A stretch of 63,970 bases of DNA, the filler included. It is 7 parts of 7 records of this genome, joined end to end, with 100 filler letters (N's around TTAATTAATTAA, not from the genome) between each part and the next. Parts side by side here need not be neighbours in the genome. Positions count along the whole stretch, not along the records: positions 19,181 to 23,559 come from SRR20825010_6101; positions 23,660 to 35,937 come from SRR20825010_6104; 5 more parts are not named here. One strand, written 5' to 3'. The position numbers and the translations under genes were made by a program. The notes beneath the pieces are model-generated. The model did no database searches. It was not told the origin of the DNA and worked only from the letters and a program-made list of their open reading frames with translations. Shown one piece after another: positions 22,363-33,089 of the stretch (positions are counted from its first letter, which is position 1; each line of letters begins with the position of its first letter).

Positions 22363-23559
22363 TCAACTGGCACTCTGGGCTTCCGCTCGTGGCAGGGCAA
22401 CAACGACTTTGAGCCCACCAAGCGAAGATCGTTCCAAAGCGAGAGAACCACCATACTCTTCCACCAGATCCGCGACAATCGCAAGCCCGAGCCCGGTTCC
22501 GGGTTTGGTTTCATCGAGCCGTCGGCCCCGCTTCAATGCGTCCCGGGCTTTCTCTTCGGGAATACCCGGTCCGTCATCTTCAATGACAACAAGAATTCCG
22601 CGGCCGTCGCCTTCCAGCTCCCCGTCTCTAGCGGTGAGGCGAACGCGCGTTCTTGCCCATTTCATAGCGTTTTCCATCAGGTTGCCGCTGATTTCCTCCA
22701 GGTCTTCCCGCTCCCCGGCAAAGATCAGGGGATCATCGGGAAACTGCACTTCAAGGTCGATCGTGGGGTTCAGCTTGCCCATGACCCGCGCCATGCGCTC
22801 GAGCGATGCCTTGACCGGTGTACGAAATGCAAGACTGTCGCGCTGGGCAGCCGCTCGGGCTCGCTGCAGATAATGATCAAGCTGTTGTTGCAGCGCGGTG
22901 GCTTGGGCGGTGATGAGCTTTCCCCGCTCGCCGCCGACCGCATGCCCCTCGTTCATGAGAACAGCGAGAGGCGTTTTCAGGGAATGGGCAAGATTGCCAA
23001 CCTGCTTGCGTGAGCGCTCAACGATACGTCGATTGTTGTCAATGAGCGCATTCGTCTCATCCGCAAGCGATTCAATTTCAGTCGGGAACGGGCCCTCCAA
23101 TCGCTGCGCAGAGCCTGCCCGAATATCCGACAAAGCCCTCTGAACACGGTTGAGGGGGCGCAAGCCGTAAAGAATGGCAAAAACATTGATGGCAATCATG
23201 CCGAGGCCGAATATTGCGAGATAACCGTAGAGCCTGCGAACGAACTGGCTGACCTCATCCTCCAACTCGCTTCGGTTCCCCATGACCCGAAAGCGAGCTA
23301 CCTGCCCCTGTTCGCCCACAACCAGTTCCGCCTCTACCACCTCTATGGTCTCGCCGCCTGGTCCCATGGCCATATAGCTGCGCTGAAATCCGGCATTAAA
23401 CGGTACATCATTGATGCTCGGCGAAGGGATGGCCATGACCATGGAGGGCGAGCGTATTGCGTTTCCCAGGTCGTTGGTTAGCGGCTCCACCGCCCAGTAC
23501 CAACCAGATTGGGGCTGCAGAAAACGCAGATCGTCGAGATTGGGCCTGCCCTGCAATGT
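22363..23559 (-). CDS. feuQ: Sensor histidine kinase (FeuQ-like), 5'-truncated
   Basis: HAMP; H-box LAHSLKTPL; ENAMKW; DDGPG; GTGLGL; rhizobial feuQ-lipoprotein-cycHJK synteny. Confidence 0.8.
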   Translation of the reverse strand, partial: TLQGRPNLDDLRFLQPQSGWYWAVEPLTNDLGNAIRSPSMVMAIPSPSINDVPFNAGFQRSYMAMGPGGETIEVVEAELVVGEQGQVARFRVMGNRSELEDEVSQFVRRLYGYLAIFGLGMIAINVFAILYGLRPLNRVQRALSDIRAGSAQRLEGPFPTEIESLADETNALIDNNRRIVERSRKQVGNLAHSLKTPLAVLMNEGHAVGGERGKLITAQATALQQQLDHYLQRARAAAQRDSLAFRTPVKASLERMARVMGKLNPTIDLEVQFPDDPLIFAGEREDLEEISGNLMENAMKWARTRVRLTARDGELEGDGRGILVVIEDDGPGIPEEKARDALKRGRRLDETKPGTGLGLAIVADLVEEYGGSLALERSSLGGLKVVVALPRAEAQSAS

Positions 23560-23659
23560 NNNNNNNNNNNNNNNNNNNNNNNNNNNNNNNNNNNNNNNNN
23601 NNNTTAATTAATTAANNNNNNNNNNNNNNNNNNNNNNNNNNNNNNNNNNNNNNNNNNNN
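23560..23659. other. Artificial contig spacer
   Basis: N44-TTAATTAATTAA-N44. Confidence 0.99.
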
Positions 23660-23660
23660 C

Positions 23661-24872
23661 CTGGTCGTCATCGCGATCATTGGAGTCCTGGTTGGACTGT
23701 TACTGCCCGCCGTGCAAGCGGCCCGAGAGGCTGCACGCCGCATGAGCTGCAGCAACAATTTCAAACAACTGGGTTTGGCCCTGCACAATTACCATTCTGC
23801 CTTCAATCAATTGCCGGTTCAGGGTGGTGGCACCGGGATCGGGTTGCAAAACAACCGTTGGTGGCAAACAGGCAACGATTCCAGCCACGAATGCATGAGT
23901 GCATTGGTCGGACTGACATCCTTCTTCGAACAGCAAGGGCTGTGGGAGATGATCGCGAATCCCAGCACGTTGACCGTCACGGGAGCGGCACCGCCGGCAA
24001 CCACCGGACTGACCAACCCACCACGCTGGCCCGCGATGGGACCGAACCCGAGAAATTATGCTCGCAACCCCGGATACATTCCTTGGTCGACGGACATTCC
24101 TACACTTCGTTGCCCCAGCGATCCTGGCAAAGGGCTGCCAGCCCTCGGAAGAACCAATTACGCACTGTGTCTCGGTGACTCACCTGGACAACAGCATCAC
24201 CAAAGTCGAAACGGCGATCTCACACCCCGTACACAAAACTGGGCAATTGGAAACTACAACTCGGTTTCGCGAGGCGTTTTCATGATCCGGCGATCGGCCC
24301 GGTTCCGCGACATTTTGGATGGCCTTTCCAACACGATCGCGATGGGCGAAATCATCACTGACCTGGGTGATCGAGACAAACGCTCGGCAGCCTCATGGCT
24401 TCGTCGAAGCTCCAATGCGGTGAACGACAACCCTTCGTTCTGCGTTGACAATAACGAAGTCGATCCAGAGCGACCACAGTTTTGGTGCAACGGTGGCCCG
24501 AACTGCACCGACCCTGTAGTGCTTAGTTCCAACAATCATGAAGCGCGTGGAGCGAACTGGGCAAACTTCCGTGCAATGTGCACTCAAATGTTCACCGTGC
24601 GTCCACCCAACGCAGAACTCTGCGTGGGTACATGGATCGACAGCAGTGGCACCCACACTGCCAGCAGTCGACACCAGGGCGGCGTCCATGTTTTGCTGAC
24701 CGATGGAGCAGTGAAATTCATGACAGAGTCAGTCGACGCAGGGAATCAGAGTGCCGGAGCCGTACGACGTGGTCAGTCTGGCCCACGTGCGCCAGGTTCA
24801 GCCAGCCCGTACGGACTTTGGGGATCGCTCGGGACCAAAGCTTCTCGCGAAACGATCGAGACTGAGTTTTAA
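23661..24872 (+). CDS. DUF1559 prepilin-type N-methylation domain protein (planctomycete), 5'-truncated
   Basis: [59 protein letters not shown] (H-X9-DG). Confidence 0.95.
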   Translation: MVVIAIIGVLVGLLLPAVQAAREAARRMSCSNNFKQLGLALHNYHSAFNQLPVQGGGTGIGLQNNRWWQTGNDSSHECMSALVGLTSFFEQQGLWEMIANPSTLTVTGAAPPATTGLTNPPRWPAMGPNPRNYARNPGYIPWSTDIPTLRCPSDPGKGLPALGRTNYALCLGDSPGQQHHQSRNGDLTPRTQNWAIGNYNSVSRGVFMIRRSARFRDILDGLSNTIAMGEIITDLGDRDKRSAASWLRRSSNAVNDNPSFCVDNNEVDPERPQFWCNGGPNCTDPVVLSSNNHEARGANWANFRAMCTQMFTVRPPNAELCVGTWIDSSGTHTASSRHQGGVHVLLTDGAVKFMTESVDAGNQSAGAVRRGQSGPRAPGSASPYGLWGSLGTKASRETIETEF

Positions 24873-24905
24873 ACAGATTGGCAGGAACAATTGCGTGTAA
24901 CCATG

Positions 24906-24967
24906 TTAGCCGTTTACGCGTTTATCACGGTTGCACATGGGAACCGGGACTGACATCAATGGGCTCA
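24906..24967. repeat. Degenerate long palindromic intergenic element (planctomycete REP-like)
   Basis: Imperfect inverted arms TTAGCCGTTT...CACGGTT and AACCGGGA...GGGCTCA. Confidence 0.4.
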
Positions 24968-25025
24968 CATACGCAAATCGCTCTGCACACGTGAAGGAAT
25001 CCATTCTTCAAAACGACGACAATTG

Positions 25026-25067
25026 AAACGAGCCTTCTCGAGCACTATCGGGGAGGCTCGTTTTTTT
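25026..25067 (+). terminator. Rho-independent terminator between convergent genes
   Basis: AAACGAGCCTTCTCGA-N6-TCGGGGAGGCTCG followed by a T-run. Confidence 0.8.
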
Positions 25068-25103
25068 GTGGCTGTTCTGCGACACCTGCTACCAACATTG
25101 CAT

Positions 25104-26264
25104 TCAGTCTTCACGAACACGAATCCAGTGATCGTGAAAGCGAAGGCGTTCTGGCATTTCAAGTGCCGGCATATGGCATTCGATGCAGCCACTGTCTTTC
25201 GAGACGCTGCACACCACATGCTCGGCGTTTTGATCATCGTGGCACTGAATGCAAGCACGAACGTGCTGGTCCTTCGATACTTCTTGTATCGTTTGATGAG
25301 GGTTGTGACACGTTGTACATCTCATCTGGCCATCAGATTCTAAGTAGCAGCGACTCCGGAGCATCCCAACTGGCTGAAAACGGGCCAGAAGATCTGGATA
25401 CTCTCGCACTTCCATTTCGGAAAGGTTTTTCGGTAATCGATGGCAATCGCCACAAAGCTGGATTTCTGACTCAACATCCCAATCCTCTCGCCCCACCGAA
25501 TACTTCGGCGGTGTCGGCGTCTTTCGGGCAAGGCGCACGTGCTCACTGCCAGGACCATGACACTTCTCACAATTCACACTTGCAACCAAGTCCTTCACAG
25601 TCGCATCAACCACCTCACCCCGAGTGGTATGACAATAGACACATCGCTGAAGAGGTTCACCACGTTGCATATCGCCAAATAACTCGAGAGCATTGCTTGG
25701 GCTCATTTTTGAGTGCCCAGGGGTGATGCCAACCCTTTGGTTGTGATAGCAGCTGACCCGATGCTCGATTCCTTCTGTCTGCCCATCCGTCGCGGTTGTC
25801 AGCGTCAACATTGTTTGCGCATGTTGCCCGGATCCGAGGGCGTACTGAAGTGGAAACGCCTGTTGATCAAACTCAGCGGGAAGACGCACCAACAATTCCC
25901 GCTGATCATCGGCGAAGTACTCGTAGATCCCGTAACCTTTCCCACCGTCGAACTTGGAGCCGGCAAAGACGTCGGGCAGTTGTGTTTGCGAAACCTGGTG
26001 AAACGTTGATGCATGACCATGTCTGGCATGCAATTCAAAGTTATTTTCGTGGCACTCGCGGCATACCTCCCGACCCACAAATCCAGACTCCTGACTAGTT
26101 TGATCAGAGCGTTTCGAGTCACCGAATTGAGTCAATGAGATCCCGGATGACTGCGAATGAAACGTTCCGAGATCGGACTCCTCTTTCAGGATTAGCGTCA
26201 ACGAAGCCAAGACCAGTGCGGCGACGCCCATTCCAATCACTCGGGTGTTCAATTTGCCAACCAC
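25104..26264 (-). CDS. Membrane-anchored multiheme cytochrome c (7 CxxCH)
   Basis: CRECH, CVYCH, CEKCH, CGDCH, CTTCH, CIQCH, CIECH; N-terminal TM segment; ends HDHWIR. Confidence 0.9.
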   Translation of the reverse strand: MVGKLNTRVIGMGVAALVLASLTLILKEESDLGTFHSQSSGISLTQFGDSKRSDQTSQESGFVGREVCRECHENNFELHARHGHASTFHQVSQTQLPDVFAGSKFDGGKGYGIYEYFADDQRELLVRLPAEFDQQAFPLQYALGSGQHAQTMLTLTTATDGQTEGIEHRVSCYHNQRVGITPGHSKMSPSNALELFGDMQRGEPLQRCVYCHTTRGEVVDATVKDLVASVNCEKCHGPGSEHVRLARKTPTPPKYSVGREDWDVESEIQLCGDCHRLPKNLSEMEVREYPDLLARFQPVGMLRSRCYLESDGQMRCTTCHNPHQTIQEVSKDQHVRACIQCHDDQNAEHVVCSVSKDSGCIECHMPALEMPERLRFHDHWIRVRED

Positions 26265-26560
26265 AATTAACTCGAATAGTAGGAACGTCTTTACAAAACC
26301 TAGACTCAGCTAGCACACCTCTGGCCAGATTTTAGCATTGATCTCACCATCAGATAGACATTCTCTCATCCAACGTCCAATCAACGTGACTTTCGTCGAC
26401 ACTCACGCATGAAGTGTACAATCGATGCGAAGACGCAATCGATCTGCTTAGTGCAACGAGACTGACGCGTCTCGTTTTTGCATCGCTCATCGAGGACCAC
26501 AACCGACGAGCAGGTGCAACGAAGCTGCTGTCAGCTCAAGCAAAACTGTTTCGGAATCCG

Positions 26561-27979
26561 ATGCTTCGAATAGGACATACAACTGTGCTGAAAAGAGTTG
26601 GTTTGACGAAAGCTACTTTCGTTTTTGTAGTCGTGTTCGTCATTGCGGGCTGCAATTCAGAAAGTCCCCAAACCACCCCAACGCCGAGCACCACAGCGAA
26701 GATTGGCAGTCAACAAAACGCGGCGTCTTCCAAAAGCACAGAAGCTACTCAGCGACCGAATCCAGCAACGAAGACACCGCTTCCCGAGTCTGTAGCCAAA
26801 AAAGAAGAAGCACGCGAGATTGACGTGTTCGCATTGCAAGATGACGCGGCGATTGCATTGCAGACTGATGATCATGACAAGGCCTATCAACTCGCGCGTC
26901 AAGCAATGCGTATTGCACCAAGCGACCCGACCTCTGTCTTCTTGATGGCGCGAGTCTTAGGTAGACGCAACCGTTTCCCCGAAGCGATACAGATGCTGGA
27001 CAAGCTGGCATTGACCACACCTGACGCCAGACTTCCCGTATTGGGCCAGACCGCTCAATGGATGGTTCAATTCGGAATGTGGAAGGATGCCGAGCAGCGT
27101 TTCCGGCTACTTTTGCAGGAAGCTCCTGAAGCAACATTGGTTCACCGCAAATTGGCAGAACTACTCGTCCGACAAGGCAGAAGCTCGGAAGCGATGGTGC
27201 ACCTGCAAGCGCTTTGCAAACTGGGAGATATCGAAGAGATCGAGCTTCGCCACCTACTTGCTGGTGGCCGACCATTGTACGGCGACGCCATGCTGGACGA
27301 ACTTTCTCCGATTGGCCATCGCGGTAGAGCCACATTCAGCATCAGCCAAGGCGACTGGCAACAGGCAAAAACAGAACTTGAGGAAATGGAATCGCTTGCG
27401 AGCGATGAGTTAGCAATTCTCGGACGAATCTACATCCAATTGGATGAGGAAGAATCTTTAAGCGATTGGAACGAAGAGGTCTCGGCCAGCGAGACCTCCG
27501 ATCCAAAATTGCATTTTTCAAAAGCAGCGATCCTCGCGGGCCAGGCGGATCACTTTGCATCCATTCGGCTACTGTGCGAGGCGGTATTGTTCGACCAGAC
27601 AGACAGCGAGGCTTACCGTTTACTAAGCGACTCATTGCTGGCGATCAATCGACCGAACGAATCGAAAGAAGCCTCAAAGCGTTTCGAGCTGATTTCTAAA
27701 ACGAAACGTCTTGGCCGCGAGATGTCTTTGACGGAAGATCGTGACGATGACAAGTTTGCCAGCCTGATCGAGAGTCTCGATAAGTTGCAACGTCCCTGGG
27801 AGTCCCTGCATTGGTGCGGCGTGCGTTTGGCCTATGCAAAAGCAAACAAGTCACTCACCAACAATGAGCTTGAACGTCTCGCAACCGAGATCAAAGAACG
27901 CAGCACCAAACTTCAGAACACGGCTTGGATCCAAGATCGCGAATTTGTGACTTGCGGGATCGACCTGAATTCTTTGTAG
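26561..27979 (+). CDS. TPR-repeat lipoprotein
   Basis: FVVVFVIAGC lipobox; S/T/P-rich linker; TPR-like helical repeats. Confidence 0.75.
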   Translation: MLRIGHTTVLKRVGLTKATFVFVVVFVIAGCNSESPQTTPTPSTTAKIGSQQNAASSKSTEATQRPNPATKTPLPESVAKKEEAREIDVFALQDDAAIALQTDDHDKAYQLARQAMRIAPSDPTSVFLMARVLGRRNRFPEAIQMLDKLALTTPDARLPVLGQTAQWMVQFGMWKDAEQRFRLLLQEAPEATLVHRKLAELLVRQGRSSEAMVHLQALCKLGDIEEIELRHLLAGGRPLYGDAMLDELSPIGHRGRATFSISQGDWQQAKTELEEMESLASDELAILGRIYIQLDEEESLSDWNEEVSASETSDPKLHFSKAAILAGQADHFASIRLLCEAVLFDQTDSEAYRLLSDSLLAINRPNESKEASKRFELISKTKRLGREMSLTEDRDDDKFASLIESLDKLQRPWESLHWCGVRLAYAKANKSLTNNELERLATEIKERSTKLQNTAWIQDREFVTCGIDLNSL

Positions 27980-28163
27980 CTCAACGATTAACCAAATGGT
28001 CCGCATCGCCGACTGAACCTGCGTCGAAACCTACGACCAACTGATAGACGGTATCTTGCGATCGGCATGCGAGCAGCAACCGGTATGCAGGCAGCAATCG
28101 AAATCAACGACATCTGCCGATTGCGCGAACGCATATGTCTCGCGTCCATCGACGGCAACGGTC

Positions 28164-29117
28164 TCAAGAACTCGCGCTTCGGTAGCTGCTCAGTGCTCGG
28201 CGAAAAACCCAACGACTGAAGGTGACGCTCATCACGGTTGCGATCAACGCCCATCCGACCAGCAGCCACTCTTCGTTGGTCCGTGGGTCAATCGGTTTTG
28301 CCAGCAAGCGAGCCGGGACGTTCACAACCACCAAGACGGGCACCACGAAAGTGAAGAAACCGTACATGGGCGTGCCCCAACCACGGTTGTAGATCTCCAT
28401 CGGATAGCGACTGAAGTTGGTGATGTAAAACCAAAAATTGTAGAGCGTTTGATTGCGTCCCAACCAGATGCTCGTCGCGGACAAGCAGATCATGAGGCTG
28501 TACATGATCACAATGCCGCACATGCAAAAGAGCACATAGAGCAGCAAAGAGGTGGCCGACGGTATGTGCGGATCAACCTCGCGAGTTGCCAGTTTGGTCA
28601 GCGCCACCCCGGCGATCACCAAACCCGCCAAGAAGTTGGCTAGCGACGACCAACTGACGCGTCGAAACGAGATCAAAAACTGCGTGTCGATGGGTTTGAG
28701 CAAGGCAAAGTCTAACCCGCCCGTCCGAATCAACTCACTGAATTCTTCGGCGTTGGGCATGAAGAACGCTTGCACAATCGAGTTGATGAACCAGGTCGTG
28801 GCCAAAAACAAAAAGAACCGCTCGCGATCCCAACCGGTGTCCGCTCCGATGGATCCGGTGAACTGAAAGATGATCAGGTAAAAGCCGACGTTCATCAGCG
28901 TCCAACCGATGCTGCTCAAGCACTCGATCACGAAGTTCGCCCGAAACGTCATGTCGCGAACCAAGCTGTTGCGAGCGAATGCTCCGAAAACACGGACATA
29001 GCGCATCCACTCGGATCCGGCCTCTCGTTCCGAAACACTTGCTTCGTTCATCCAGTGGTCATCCATGGCAGGTCTGTCTTGATTCGAATCGTCAGTTGCT
29101 GGCTTGGATTGCATCAT
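28164..29117 (-). CDS. ABC-2 family permease (DUF990-like)
   Basis: IRTGGLDFALLKPID, FSRYPMEIY, C-terminal YRSASS; TGATG coupling with the upstream gene. Confidence 0.88.
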   Translation of the reverse strand: MMQSKPATDDSNQDRPAMDDHWMNEASVSEREAGSEWMRYVRVFGAFARNSLVRDMTFRANFVIECLSSIGWTLMNVGFYLIIFQFTGSIGADTGWDRERFFLFLATTWFINSIVQAFFMPNAEEFSELIRTGGLDFALLKPIDTQFLISFRRVSWSSLANFLAGLVIAGVALTKLATREVDPHIPSATSLLLYVLFCMCGIVIMYSLMICLSATSIWLGRNQTLYNFWFYITNFSRYPMEIYNRGWGTPMYGFFTFVVPVLVVVNVPARLLAKPIDPRTNEEWLLVGWALIATVMSVTFSRWVFRRALSSYRSASS

Positions 29118-30085
29118 CAACCTCCATACCCGCTGTAACGGGCCACACCGCGAGAGTACGACCAACGGCAGACAACGATGAAGAACGTCAACCAAGCCGC
29201 CTCGATCGCCATCTCCATCGGCAGGTCTTCGTCAGGAATCTTCCCCAGGAACACGGCCGCGGGGAAATAGGCGAGGTACTTCAGCGGTAACAAATTGACG
29301 AACCACTCGATGCTGTCGGGTAACAACGAAATCGGAAACATGTGCCCAGACAGAAAGAAGCTGAACAACATGTAAAGAAACAGCAGCGACGAGACCTCCA
29401 AAAACCAAAAGCCAATCATTCCAATCGCCGCTTCGAGAAAGAAGCCGATTAGAAACCCCATCACCAACGATCCGACAAAAGCGGCGAACAAATGCGGTGG
29501 CGGAAACCCACCGACAAAGTAGTCGCGGCAAAGAAAGAACACCAAACCAAACGGTGCGAACGCGATCGCGTAGTAAGCGACTTTGTGAGCAACTCGGTTG
29601 ATCAACAAAAAGCTGATCAAGTCGATTGGCTGGATCAAGTAGCGTTTGATTTCGCCTTCGCGAATCTGCAGAGCGATCCCAGATGCCAAACCCGGCATAC
29701 TTGAGAATGCCCGTGCCAACATGGTGATCAAGTAGTACGCCACCATGTCGCGGAAGCCGAAACCGCCAATTTGAACCGCCTCGGTCGCCGAACTGAGCTC
29801 TGAATCGTTCACCTCGGATCCGCCGACGGCCGACTCGACCATTTGCTCGGCCGCTTGGCTGGCGGCGATTGAATCATAGATCGCCCACCACAGAAAAATC
29901 TGGGTGACGATTGGCAGGAAACGCATCAACGTCCCGAGAGCGAAGTCGCCGCGATAAACCAACCGTTCCGATAGAGCGGTGGTGAAAATCTTTTTCCAAA
30001 CTCGCACGCGCCTGCCCCACGTCGTAGCGGCGAGGTGATGCGAATCCAGATCTGGGTCGTCAAACGACGAAGTTGCGGTCGCCAT
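29117..30085 (-). CDS. ABC-2 family permease (DUF990-like)
   Basis: LVYRGDF, IREGEIKRYLIQP, LSGHMFP, C-terminal YSGYGG. Confidence 0.88.
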   Translation of the reverse strand: MATATSSFDDPDLDSHHLAATTWGRRVRVWKKIFTTALSERLVYRGDFALGTLMRFLPIVTQIFLWWAIYDSIAASQAAEQMVESAVGGSEVNDSELSSATEAVQIGGFGFRDMVAYYLITMLARAFSSMPGLASGIALQIREGEIKRYLIQPIDLISFLLINRVAHKVAYYAIAFAPFGLVFFLCRDYFVGGFPPPHLFAAFVGSLVMGFLIGFFLEAAIGMIGFWFLEVSSLLFLYMLFSFFLSGHMFPISLLPDSIEWFVNLLPLKYLAYFPAAVFLGKIPDEDLPMEMAIEAAWLTFFIVVCRWSYSRGVARYSGYGG

Positions 30086-30761
30086 GAAGAATGACAGAAA
30101 GGTTTTCGAGGATGGCAAGCGGTCGACGTAGCATCGGGAACCGAACAACGGATCCAATCGCCGTCCCGAACCAAAGTAGCCGAGAGGAGAGGTTCTTCCG
30201 ATGCCCCTCGAGCCGAGAGCCACCACGCTGACCGCTCAGTTGTGCTAGCAAATCCGCTGATTGCGATCGACGACGGAGGCGTTTTTCGCTGAATCAAACG
30301 GCATTTGCGCCCATCTGATTCAAAAGAGGTTCCGCCTCCATTTTTGCATCTGATTGGTATTGACGCGTCCGTGAAACCCCAGCAAACTTCTCGCATGCTT
30401 GTAACGAAGCGGGCAGCCTGCCATTTGGGGAATTCCACCCACCGCGGCTGACACACTACGCTACAGGGATGTAACCGGACCGAAATTTGCCTCGGCACCT
30501 CGCTTTCCCAGCCTTTCGCAGGGAACGTCGAAACGCCGGTCGCTCAGGAAGAGTGACGATCACTTCGCAGTCGCGAAGCCGGGTTGACCGTTCCACTGAC
30601 CGCATCCAATTTGGATCGGCAGCCGTTGACAAGCCAGCGAGAGAAATCTTGCTAGACTTGCCCGCCGCATGTCGTTTCTGGAGTGGATGTCCCCCGCGTT
30701 CGTGCTGGTTGAATTTGTCGCCAACGACATCTTGATCCGGCCTTTTGACAGGAGCGTTCGT

Positions 30762-32879
30762 TTGTCCCCTTCGACGGACTTCGACGTCAAAGAGCGAGTT
30801 CGCGCCGCGACCGACATCGTTGATGTCATCGGGCATGATCTGGAATTGCGTCCGCAGGGCCGTCACTTCGTTGCCCGCTGCCCATTCCACAACGACACGC
30901 GTCCGTCGATGACGGTCAACCAAGAACGCCAATCTTGGAAGTGCTGGGTCTGCGACATCGGCGGGGATATTTTCAGCTTCGTCATGCAACGCGAAGGCGT
31001 GGACTTCCCCACCGCACTGCGAAGTCTGGCTGAACGAGCCGGGATCGAAATCCCTGAATTCAATCGCGGCCCCAAAACTCAACCGGGAAGCCCCGACGAC
31101 AAAGCCACCTTGATGAAAGCGGTGGACCTGATCTGCCGAGCCTACTTCGACGAACTGGCCAGCGGAAAATCCGACGACGCCAAACTGGCCCGCGACTACC
31201 TCGCCAGCCGTGGCATCGATGACAGCAATCGCGAACTGTTCAAGATCGGTTTTGCTCCAGACTCGTGGGACTTCGCCGTCAACCTACTGAAACGAAACAA
31301 GTTCTCCGAAGCCGTCGCCCAAGCCGCTGGCGTCGCGATCGGCCGGGATGGAAAATCGGGTTGCTACGATCGCTTTCGTGGTCGACTGATGTTCCCGATC
31401 GACAACGCGCAAGGCCAAGCGATCTCGTTGGGCGGACGAATCATCCCGGCGATCGCCAACCGCATCGCGGAAGCCAAAAGCGACGGGCCCAACGGAGGTG
31501 CGAAGTACATCAATGGCCCTGAGACCATGTTGTTCCGCAAATCCAACGAGCTTTATGGATTGCACCTCGCTCGCGACGCCATGCGAGCGGCCGATGAAGT
31601 CCTCGTCATGGAAGGCTACACCGACGTGGTAGCGACTCGCATGGCGGGCATCGACCACAGCGTTGCGGTGCTCGGAACTGCTCTGACCGCCTCGCACGTT
31701 CGCGTGCTGAAACGTTTTGTCAATCGAGTCGTTCTGGTTCTCGATGGCGATGACGCTGGCAAACGACGCGCAGAAGAAGTCCTCGAATTATTTGTTACCG
31801 CCGACGCGGACCTGCGAATCCTGACCCTGCCCGACGGGTTGGACCCGGCTGACTTCCTGGCCCAACAATCCGCCGCAAATTTGCTGGACATGGCCGGCAA
31901 AGCCCCCGATGCGATGGACCACAAGCTGAATCGCTTGACCGAGGGAGTTGACGTGACTCGCGACACACACCGAGTCACAACCGCGATCGAAACGATGTTG
32001 GGCGTGCTAACGAAAACACCCACCAAAAGCGACAAGACCGAACTCAAAATCGACCAACTGCTGGTTCGCATGAGCCAAACGTTTGGCCTACCAGTCGAAC
32101 GTCTGCAACGCCGCCTCGAAACGGTTCGCGAAGAAACCGCGGAGCGAGAACGCAAGCAAGCCCGCTACCGCAAAGCTAACACGAGCGGTGGACATCAAGA
32201 CTCGGCACAAACCAGTGCACCGGCATCGCAAAAACCAGCCTCACGCCCGCCTTCTTCCGCGTCGATGGACGACTTCGATCCGTTCGAGCAAGCGGCCATG
32301 GAAGACGCTGCCGCGTTTGGCATCGACGAAGGCTTTGATGACTACGCTCCTTCGACGCCCAGCGACTTTGGTGCCGCGAATCATCCACGGCGAAACTCTC
32401 CGAGTGGCCCGACACGACCTCAGCCGCCCGAACAAGGTGCCGCGATCACCGGTGTCGATCGCGAACTCTTTGAGATCCTGATCGAGTCACCCGAGGTCGC
32501 CGCGATGGCCGTGGAAGCGATCGATCCATCGTGGCTGCACTCCAACACCGCGAAGATGTTGCTGTCCGCTTATCAAGACCTGGATCTACAAGGCCGCGAC
32601 CTGGACGTCGACTCCGTGCTTGTCCTGCTCGAGAATGATTTTTTGAAAAATCAAATCATCACTTTGCAAGAACGAATCGAGCAACGTGCTGGCCACGTTT
32701 TAGACGAGCCACACCTACGATACACCGCGATCTTGACTCGTTTTCGCGAACGCGAATTTGACGCCGAAAAGACTCGCCAAATCGAAAAATTACAATCAGC
32801 ATCCTTGCCCGAAGACGAAGAGCTCGCGATGTTAGAACAACTGTTTGCTGCCGAACGAATTCGGCAAACGCCCCGCTAG
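30762..32879 (+). CDS. dnaG: DNA primase (probable TTG start at 30762)
   Basis: Zinc finger CPFHND...CWVC, DRFRGRLMFPI, KYINGPET, EGYTD, Toprim DGDDAG; AGGAG RBS. Confidence 0.96.
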   Translation: MSPSTDFDVKERVRAATDIVDVIGHDLELRPQGRHFVARCPFHNDTRPSMTVNQERQSWKCWVCDIGGDIFSFVMQREGVDFPTALRSLAERAGIEIPEFNRGPKTQPGSPDDKATLMKAVDLICRAYFDELASGKSDDAKLARDYLASRGIDDSNRELFKIGFAPDSWDFAVNLLKRNKFSEAVAQAAGVAIGRDGKSGCYDRFRGRLMFPIDNAQGQAISLGGRIIPAIANRIAEAKSDGPNGGAKYINGPETMLFRKSNELYGLHLARDAMRAADEVLVMEGYTDVVATRMAGIDHSVAVLGTALTASHVRVLKRFVNRVVLVLDGDDAGKRRAEEVLELFVTADADLRILTLPDGLDPADFLAQQSAANLLDMAGKAPDAMDHKLNRLTEGVDVTRDTHRVTTAIETMLGVLTKTPTKSDKTELKIDQLLVRMSQTFGLPVERLQRRLETVREETAERERKQARYRKANTSGGHQDSAQTSAPASQKPASRPPSSASMDDFDPFEQAAMEDAAAFGIDEGFDDYAPSTPSDFGAANHPRRNSPSGPTRPQPPEQGAAITGVDRELFEILIESPEVAAMAVEAIDPSWLHSNTAKMLLSAYQDLDLQGRDLDVDSVLVLLENDFLKNQIITLQERIEQRAGHVLDEPHLRYTAILTRFREREFDAEKTRQIEKLQSASLPEDEELAMLEQLFAAERIRQTPR

Positions 32880-33089
32880 GACAACCCTTCCAAGGCCACC
32901 ACTCAAAGGAGCCTCGACACCCGACCCAACTGAAGCGTTCGCGATTCATGATGAATCGCATTTGAAAAGATTTCAAACACGACATTCACAGTCATTGTTG
33001 AACTGAATCACGTGATTCAGGTTCCCGCAAACACCAACATGACTGACCGTTCCATGAAGGAACGTGACCCATAACAGGAGGTTTTTCCG

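Noticed and set aside
19181-23559. Kinase and lipoprotein beside ccm genes as a novel system
   Set aside because: Matches the known rhizobial feuPQ-cycHJKL arrangement.
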